A stretch of 64,000 nt of DNA from Candidatus Brockarchaeota archaeon (GTDB lineage: Archaea; Thermoproteota; EX4484-205; JAAOZO01). Location: positions 23,926 to 87,925 of the forward strand of contig JAFNIV010000002.1 of assembly GCA_017601145.1 (NCBI GenBank), given 5' to 3'. The notes beneath the pieces were generated by a model, which saw only the letters and a list, made by a program, of their open reading frames with translations, searched no databases and was not told the origin of the DNA. Position numbers and translations under genes: made by a program. Positions 57,734 to 64,000 of this stretch are shown here, piece after piece (the first letter of the stretch is position 1; each line of letters opens with the position of its first letter).

Positions 57734-57986
57734 GGGTTCTGAACTACCCCTCCTTTTCCATGCAATGTTCCTCCATAAATCTTCCAAGATAGAGTTTAAG
57801 ATTCTCATATAATCCTCTATAAGCTCATTCACCTCAAGATTATGAGGTATAGAGTATGCTTTAACTAACAATCTTTTTGACTCCAAGAAGCTTCTTCGCC
57901 TCTTTGATTTTATAGAGCTTTTCTGACATTAATATTCTTCTTCTACCAATTATTTAAGCATATCTATTTTGAAACTGCTGAAGGGG
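57734..57986 (-). mobile_element. Non-autonomous IS607-family deletion derivative (tnpA start joined to tnpB 5' part)
   Basis: From ATG 57929 it reads MSEKLYKIKEAKKLLGV (IS607 MerR-type HTH start), then in another frame LLVKAYSIPHNLEVNELIEDYMRILNSILEDLWRNIAWKRRG (TnpB-like N-terminus). Ends are identical to those of the 6460-6731 element. Confidence 0.82.
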
Positions 57987-58140
57987 CAAAGGTTATTTTT
58001 CTTGTACCTTTTTCTGAAAAGCGAAAACTGTTAAAGATGAGCGCTAAACACTGGAGCTTCATTCTAATTAGAACAAATAAGTCCCATTTATGTTGCTAAT
58101 GTTACAAAACTTATATTTCATATTACTATTACTTCATACT

Positions 58141-58950
58141 ATGCCAAAAATTGAGAGAAAATGGCTTTATTTAGTTTTTGCAATATTGGTAATAGCTATT
58201 ATAGCTTACTTAGGTTATAACGTTTACCAGCAACAGACCTATCCAACTATTACTTCAATAAAAAATAAAGGTATACTAGTTGTCGGGACATCTGCAGACT
58301 TCCCACCATTTGAGTATGTAAATCAGTCTGGGGCTATAGTTGGGCTTGACATAGATATCGCAAGCGAAATTGCAAAAGAATTGGGTGTTAAACTAGTAGT
58401 TAAAGACCTTAGTTTTGATGTTTTAATTTCAGCTTTACAAGGTAAGCAAGTAGACCTGGTTATCGCTGGTATGACAATAACTCCAGAAAGATCAAAGGTT
58501 GTTGACTTTTCAGTTCCTTACTACAATGCAAGTCAAGCCGTAATTAGTCTTTCGACTCAGAAGTTCTTAAGTATTAATGACCTAAAGAACAAAAAAGTTG
58601 GTGTTCAAACTGGAACTACAGGAGAAAGTTGGGCTGAAGCAAATTTGGTAAATACAAGTATAATTTCAAATAGTAACCTCCTTCACTACGACAAACTCTC
58701 AGATGCGCTTCTTGCTCTAAAGAGAGGTGATATAGATGCGATTATAATAGATGAACCCGTTGCAAGGATGTTCGTAAGAACAGTTAGCGGCGTACAGTAT
58801 GACTTTGGAATCTACACTGGAGAACAATACGGTATAGCAGTAAATAAAGATAGTAAAGATTTACTCAATCTAGTAAACTCTGTAGTTAACAACATGAAAA
58901 CCAATGGACAGCTTGATACTTTAATTCAGAAGTGGTTTGGAAGCGGATAA
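58141..58950 (+). CDS. Polar amino acid ABC transporter substrate-binding protein
   Basis: N-terminal TM anchor, GTSADFPPFE, GLDIDIA, AGMTITPER, GVQTGTTG; start re-called to ATG 58141. Confidence 0.93.
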   Translation: MPKIERKWLYLVFAILVIAIIAYLGYNVYQQQTYPTITSIKNKGILVVGTSADFPPFEYVNQSGAIVGLDIDIASEIAKELGVKLVVKDLSFDVLISALQGKQVDLVIAGMTITPERSKVVDFSVPYYNASQAVISLSTQKFLSINDLKNKKVGVQTGTTGESWAEANLVNTSIISNSNLLHYDKLSDALLALKRGDIDAIIIDEPVARMFVRTVSGVQYDFGIYTGEQYGIAVNKDSKDLLNLVNSVVNNMKTNGQLDTLIQKWFGSG

Positions 58951-58951
58951 G

Positions 58952-59623
58952 ATGATAGACTTTAGTTTTTTAACTTCAATTTTTCCTTATCTAATTCAAG
59001 GTCTTGTTTTTACTCTAGAGCTAAGTATATTTGGATTCATACTTGGCTTTTTCCTAGGAATAACCTTAGCAGTGCTTAGATTGTCTAACGATAGATTATT
59101 GTCTTCTATTTCTTCTTTATATATTGACTTAATAAGAGGTACTCCATTGCTAGTTCAAATTTTAATAATTTACTTTGGGCTACCTTCATTAGGCATTTAT
59201 TTTGATCCTATAACTGCTGGAATTTTAGCTATAGGATTAAATAGTGGTGCGTACCAAGCTGAAATCATAAGATCTGGAATAAGGGCAATTCCGAAAGAAA
59301 ACATCGAGTCTGCACAGTCATTAGGATTAACAGACTTTAAAACGTATAGGTTTGTTGTGTTACCACTAGCGATTAGAAATGTAGTTCCAGCATTAACCAA
59401 TGAACTTGTTACCCTAGTAAAAGATAGCTCATTAATTTCAGTGATAGGTGTGCCTGAGTTAACTAGAAGAGGAGAATACATAATTGCTTGGACTTTTAGA
59501 CCTTTTGAAGTTTATTTACTTGTAGCTCTGATCTACTTTGTTGTTTGCTACTTCTTATCAAAACTTTCTGCCAAACTCGAAAGAAGGCTAGCTATTCCAG
59601 GCTTCTTTTCCTCGAAAGAATGA
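58952..59623 (+). CDS. Polar amino acid ABC transporter permease
   Basis: IRGTPLLVQ, AYQAEIIRSGI, LVKDSSL. Confidence 0.93.
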   Translation: MIDFSFLTSIFPYLIQGLVFTLELSIFGFILGFFLGITLAVLRLSNDRLLSSISSLYIDLIRGTPLLVQILIIYFGLPSLGIYFDPITAGILAIGLNSGAYQAEIIRSGIRAIPKENIESAQSLGLTDFKTYRFVVLPLAIRNVVPALTNELVTLVKDSSLISVIGVPELTRRGEYIIAWTFRPFEVYLLVALIYFVVCYFLSKLSAKLERRLAIPGFFSSKE

Positions 59624-60378
59624 GAAGTATGACCTACTTGCTTTCTATTAAGAACTTAAAGGTAAGTTATAGCAACATAGAAGTACTTAAAGGTATAAAC
59701 TTAGATGTCAAAAAGGGAGAAAAAGTTGTAATAATTGGTCCAAGTGGCTCTGGTAAGAGTACACTTCTTAAGGCTATAGATGGGCTTGTAAAGATAAATG
59801 AAGGCGAAATCATTTTTGATGGAGTTAAGGTTAATAACGAAAACATCATTAAAGTTAGAAGTGAAATTGGTTTTGTATTTCAAAATTATACTCTATTTCC
59901 TCATTTTACTTTGCTGAAGAATGTAATGTTTCCTTTGCAAGAAGTTAAAAAGCTAAGTAAAGAAAAATCAGAAAAAATTGCAAATGAAGCCCTAGAATCT
60001 GTTGGACTCTTAGAGAAAGCTCAAAGTTATCCTTTCGAAGTTAGTGGTGGGCAAAGACAAAGAGCAGCAATTGCAAGAGCCTTAGCTTTAAATCCAAAGC
60101 TGCTACTGCTAGATGAACCAACTTCAGCTTTGGATCCAGAATTTGTTGGAGAAGTTTTAGAAATTCTAGAAGAAATCGCGAAGAAGGGAATAACAATGAT
60201 TGTAGTAACTCATGAGGTAGATTTCGCAGAAGATGTAGCAACAAATGTTGTATTTATTGATGGTGGTGAAATCATCGAGATGGGCCCTCCATCTGAAGTT
60301 CTTGTTTCACCACGCTCAGAAAGGCTCAAAAAATTTTTAAGTAGGATAATAAGAAAGAGGCTGGTTTATTCAAAGTAA
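59620..60378 (+). CDS. Polar amino acid ABC transporter ATP-binding protein
   Basis: GPSGSGKST, SGGQRQR, LDEPTSALDPE, VTHE; ATGA overlap with the permease. Confidence 0.93.
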   Translation: MRSMTYLLSIKNLKVSYSNIEVLKGINLDVKKGEKVVIIGPSGSGKSTLLKAIDGLVKINEGEIIFDGVKVNNENIIKVRSEIGFVFQNYTLFPHFTLLKNVMFPLQEVKKLSKEKSEKIANEALESVGLLEKAQSYPFEVSGGQRQRAAIARALALNPKLLLLDEPTSALDPEFVGEVLEILEEIAKKGITMIVVTHEVDFAEDVATNVVFIDGGEIIEMGPPSEVLVSPRSERLKKFLSRIIRKRLVYSK

Positions 60379-60396
60379 GTTCATTGTAACTCTTCT

Positions 60397-61347
60397 CTAA
60401 AAACTTAAGTCTATGATGTCTTTTACAGTAGCTAGTATCTGAAGCATATCAAAAACAATAAAGCTAATTTTTTCTTCACTTTCAGAAATTTCTTTTAGTT
60501 TTCTTAATGCGCTTTCATACTCAATTAACTTTTCCTCTATTTTTTCTGTTCTTCTATTAAGAAATAAGTTCAATGCTTCATTTTGAAGTTCGCTTACATT
60601 ACGAGCAATTTCCGGTAACTTTCCTAAGCTTTTGTAAAATTCATTAATTAATTCTTCTTCAGCTTCAAGTGTACGAATTCCCATATCTACAGAAATATCT
60701 CCAATTAATTCAAGTTTTTCTGAAACTAGCCTATAGTCCATAACTTCCATTGGTAAAATTGAAAATTCAGACATTAACCAATAGTCTTGTATTATTGTAC
60801 GAAGTACTCTTACTAAAAAAAAGTAGATCCGATCCACTTCTTCATCCCTACTTACTGCTAGTTTAACAATTTCGTTATCTTTTTTTAATATTCCATCAAT
60901 TATATCTTTATACATACTTGAACTAATTATGCACATCCTTTGCAGTAGTTTTGCTGGATGTGTAGAACTAACATCAAGTACACTTTGTACAACAACCTCA
61001 TTCTGAGTTTCTTCTACTATTTCCATTCCTACCAATTTTTTAAGTACTCTTTCAATTCTTTCTTTTTCATCGTAAGAAAACCTTTTTTGATTTACAATTT
61101 TGATTACGTCATAGCCAAGCAAATATTTTCCTAAAAGTTCATGCTCGAAAAAATCTGTGAAGTTTACTATTGCCAATTCTTTCTTTTTTTCACTTATCTT
61201 TATTGGTTTAATTATTAAACTTCCATCTTCTTTCACATCTATTATGACCTCTTCTCCTTTTTCTATTCCGTGTGTCTTTGCCCAGCTTTTTGGTAAAGAC
61301 ACAAAGAAGGTTTCTTTACCTATTCTTTGGACTTTCCTTGTATGCAT
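60397..61347 (-). CDS. AbrB-PhoU phosphate uptake regulator-like protein
   Basis: RKVQ..G..TF.VSLPKSWA, YLLGYD.I, GMEIVEE, RDEEVDR.YF. Confidence 0.9.
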   Translation of the reverse strand: MHTRKVQRIGKETFFVSLPKSWAKTHGIEKGEEVIIDVKEDGSLIIKPIKISEKKKELAIVNFTDFFEHELLGKYLLGYDVIKIVNQKRFSYDEKERIERVLKKLVGMEIVEETQNEVVVQSVLDVSSTHPAKLLQRMCIISSSMYKDIIDGILKKDNEIVKLAVSRDEEVDRIYFFLVRVLRTIIQDYWLMSEFSILPMEVMDYRLVSEKLELIGDISVDMGIRTLEAEEELINEFYKSLGKLPEIARNVSELQNEALNLFLNRRTEKIEEKLIEYESALRKLKEISESEEKISFIVFDMLQILATVKDIIDLSF

Positions 61348-61421
61348 TTTAGTTTAATATCTTTAATGGTATTTAAAAGTTTAATCATAATCTTTAAAGA
61401 ATTGTAAGAAAAAATAAAGCC

Positions 61422-62219
61422 ATGAGTTTTACAACAAGAAGAACCTTAAGGATTAGCTTAATAGCGGCTTGTGCAGTGCTTTATGCGGCTGGTGCTTATG
61501 TAACTTCTTACATAGAAAGTCCTTGGGGTATGGGACAATTTAGACCAGCGATACTAATACCTCTAACCTTTGCTACGCTCTTTGACTGGAGTACAGCTGC
61601 TATTGGTGGTGCTTTAGGCACACTATTAGCTGACTCAATAAAGCATGGGCAACTCTATGTGCCGAGTTTAATAGCTGCAGTCCCTGGACATATTGTAGCA
61701 TTCTTTGTGTTCGGGCTATTTACTTCTAAAAAGTTTTCGTGGCGTAACTTCGTAGAAGGTACTCTAGCTTCTTTATTGTTTGGGAACTTTGTTACTGCAT
61801 TTCTTTACATTTGGTTTGTGCTAGGAACTCCTTACATTGGACTTATAATTGGCTTAACGGCTTGGTGGTATGCAACAATGCTTCCCTTTGCTTTACTTTT
61901 TACTCCTCCAATAGTTAAAGTTGTGGCTTCTGCTGCAAGAGGCTACGTTAGGGAAGAAGTATATTCCTCAAGCTTTTCAGAAACAAGAATGTCAACTTTT
62001 TTAGCTCTCTTTTTCTCAGGAATAATTTTTCTCGTGATTGGTGTATCTATGCTTCTTTATCCAAGTGTATTCTCTAATCTATTCTTGGTAGGAAAATTTA
62101 GTTCTATAAAGGATGCAGCTACTCAAGTAACTACATTAATGTTTGTAGTGTCCGGATTGTTATTTCTTGTAATAAGCTTCATAGTCCTATTTCTGACTAA
62201 GCCTAAGGCTGGTTTTTAA
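61422..62219 (+). CDS. Multi-TM membrane protein, ECF S-component-like
   Basis: GQFRPA..IP, AAIGGALGTLLAD, seven to eight TMs. Confidence 0.65.
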   Translation: MSFTTRRTLRISLIAACAVLYAAGAYVTSYIESPWGMGQFRPAILIPLTFATLFDWSTAAIGGALGTLLADSIKHGQLYVPSLIAAVPGHIVAFFVFGLFTSKKFSWRNFVEGTLASLLFGNFVTAFLYIWFVLGTPYIGLIIGLTAWWYATMLPFALLFTPPIVKVVASAARGYVREEVYSSSFSETRMSTFLALFFSGIIFLVIGVSMLLYPSVFSNLFLVGKFSSIKDAATQVTTLMFVVSGLLFLVISFIVLFLTKPKAGF

Positions 62220-62434
62220 CAAAAGGACTGCTAACTTAATCTAGGAACTTACGTTACTTAGGAAAAAATAATCTTTAAGGGATCTCTAAAAAAGTTTTAT
62301 CACTTTTCATGGCTAAAGTTGAAAGTTCTTCACACAATTCATTTTAATGTTAAAGTAAAAAGGAAACTACTCCAAAGAAAAACTTTATAAGAGAGCTCCT
62401 TAAAGAAAAAATAGCAAGGAGAAAAAGCTTCGAA

Positions 62435-63136
62435 ATGCAAAAAGAAGAAACTGGAGGGAAATCAGTTTCTGAAGTTGTAAAGAATATAATTTTTTCAAGG
62501 CCCTCTATACTAGATTGCATTAAGATGGATGTAATTAACTTCTCAATGGTTGCCGATTTGATAGCGCCAGAAGTTGAGAAAGAAATAGGAAAAAAAGTAA
62601 ATAGAGACGCCATAAAGATGGCGGTTATAAGAACAAGAGAAGAGGTAAAGAAAAGCGAGTCGAATAAATTTGAAGAAAGCATAATAAAAATAATTCAAAA
62701 CAGTAAACTTGAGCTAAAAAATGAAATTTCTCTAATTACTCTAGACGTTCATATGGCAAAAGAAAAATTAAGTAAAATTATAGAAGTTTTTGACAAGAGT
62801 AGGTTTGTTCAAATAACTCAGGGGGTTGGTTCTATCACCATAACTTCAGACTCAGATACCTATAAGGAATTAAAGAACTATTTTGACCCAAAGGAAATAA
62901 AGGAGGAAATTAATGAGCAGTCGGCTATACTCTTGATTAGCCCTAGAGAAATAGTTAACACACCAGGAGTGGTTTCTTTTATCGTGGATTCTTTATTTAG
63001 GGAGGGTGTAAATATAACTCAAATAGTTTCATGTTACACTGACACTATACTTATTGTAAACAGAGAAGATGCCTTGCGCGCATATTCAGTACTTGAAAAG
63101 TTAATTCTTAAGTTTAGGAAAAACCAAACAGAATAG
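62435..63136 (+). CDS. ACT-domain regulatory protein (archaeal)
   Basis: INFS..A, AIKMA..R N-terminus; SP.EI..TPGVV......L...GVNI....SCYTDT. Confidence 0.85.
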   Translation: MQKEETGGKSVSEVVKNIIFSRPSILDCIKMDVINFSMVADLIAPEVEKEIGKKVNRDAIKMAVIRTREEVKKSESNKFEESIIKIIQNSKLELKNEISLITLDVHMAKEKLSKIIEVFDKSRFVQITQGVGSITITSDSDTYKELKNYFDPKEIKEEINEQSAILLISPREIVNTPGVVSFIVDSLFREGVNITQIVSCYTDTILIVNREDALRAYSVLEKLILKFRKNQTE

Positions 63137-63213
63137 TTTCTCTTCTAGTAATACGAATAGTTAATTTAGTAATACTTAAATATAGTGAAAAACTTGTTAC
63201 GTGGGGAATAAAG

Positions 63214-63870
63214 ATGCACATGCCAGATGGCTTCTTAACTCTTCAAGTTGCAGCGATAGCTTTTCTAATAGACATTCCATTTTGGATTTTATCTTTTAAA
63301 AAAGTTAGAAGAACATTTGATGAAAAAACCGCTCCATTATTTGGTACGTTGACTGCATTAATATTTGCTGCGCAAATGGTTAATTGGCCAATAGGCCCAG
63401 GAGGAACTACAGGACATTTAATTGGTTCTCCTTTAGTTTCGATACTGCTCACTCCTTACTCAGGTGTAATCGCACTTTCAATAATTTTACTTGTCCAAGC
63501 TCTAGTGTTCAACGATGGAGGTATTACTACTTATGGAGGGAATGTGTTAAGTATGGCTGTGGTTGGGTCTTTCGTTGGTTATGCTACCTATAAGACAACT
63601 TTTAAGTTGCTAAGTAAGCTAAATGTTAATAAAAGAACTAAACTTATTATTGCTTCCTTTCTTGGAGGTTGGTTGGGAATAACATCTGCTGCACTTTCTA
63701 CAGGGATACAATTAGGGCTTTCGTCAAGTGTCTTTGGATATGGTTTAAGTATTACAATTCCAGTTATGGTAGTAAGTCATGCAATAATTGGATTAGGTGA
63801 AGGCGTTATAACTGCAACTGTTGTTTACTATATTTCGAAAGTTAGACCTGATTTAGTTAAGGAGGGATAA
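63214..63870 (+). CDS. cbiM: Cobalt/nickel ECF transporter S component
   Basis: N-terminal MHMPDGFL metal-binding motif, FAAQM.N.P, GTTGHL.G, QAL.F.DGG. Confidence 0.93.
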   Translation: MHMPDGFLTLQVAAIAFLIDIPFWILSFKKVRRTFDEKTAPLFGTLTALIFAAQMVNWPIGPGGTTGHLIGSPLVSILLTPYSGVIALSIILLVQALVFNDGGITTYGGNVLSMAVVGSFVGYATYKTTFKLLSKLNVNKRTKLIIASFLGGWLGITSAALSTGIQLGLSSSVFGYGLSITIPVMVVSHAIIGLGEGVITATVVYYISKVRPDLVKEG

Positions 63871-63873
63871 AAG

Positions 63874-64000
63874 ATGAACCAAAACCTTGTTACGTTTTTA
63901 AAAATCATAATTGTGGCTGCTATTTTTGCTTTCTTAGGCTCATGGGTCGCATCTTATGCTTACGAGCCTTTAGATAAAGCCGCTGAAATACTTAAACTAA
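63874..64000 (+). CDS. Probable NikN/CbiN-like small subunit (partial, runs off the window end)
   Basis: MNQNLVTFLKIIIVAAIFAFLGSWVASYAYEPLDKAAEIL; begins 3 nt after cbiM; EPLD..AE resembles PDGLE..AE. Confidence 0.65.
   Translation, partial: MNQNLVTFLKIIIVAAIFAFLGSWVASYAYEPLDKAAEILKL

Noticed and set aside
1-64000. CRISPR array, tRNA or rRNA genes
   Set aside because: No regularly spaced direct repeats, T-loop/cloverleaf signatures or rRNA-like GC-rich blocks seen by eye; tRNAscan-SE and a CRISPR finder would confirm.

Overview
Low-GC, gene-dense archaeal chromosomal segment, mostly housekeeping. The co-occurrence of TFE-beta (RPC34-like), a CdvA-like protein, an arcadin-1-like protein and SMC-ScpA-ScpB points to a TACK/Thermoproteota lineage other than Sulfolobales; this is inference, not a database assignment. 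Gene content: sugar oxidoreductases and kinases, speD-speE, ADP-forming acyl-CoA synthetase, lipid enzymes, PINA ATPase, Lhr plus metallophosphoesterase, a probable arginine synthetase with OTC, DNA ligase, an rps8e-srp19-gar1-tfb-tfeB-rlmE cluster and several ABC/ECF transporters. I saw no tRNA, rRNA or CRISPR array. The most notable signals are: (1) five unannotated non-autonomous IS200/IS605/IS607 (TnpB-family) pieces in intergenic DNA, including two complementary deletion derivatives of one IS607 element and a well-preserved omegaRNA-like PATE; (2) a 160-aa mini-intein in the SMC Walker A motif; (3) a stand-alone Tox-ART-HYD1-like ADP-ribosyltransferase with a His-to-Tyr change; (4) a full-length GHMP pseudokinase; (5) a CdvA-like gene convergent with an arcadin-1-like gene; (6) a perfect 11-6-11 inverted repeat upstream of lhr. 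All family calls come from motif recognition by eye, with no searches run.
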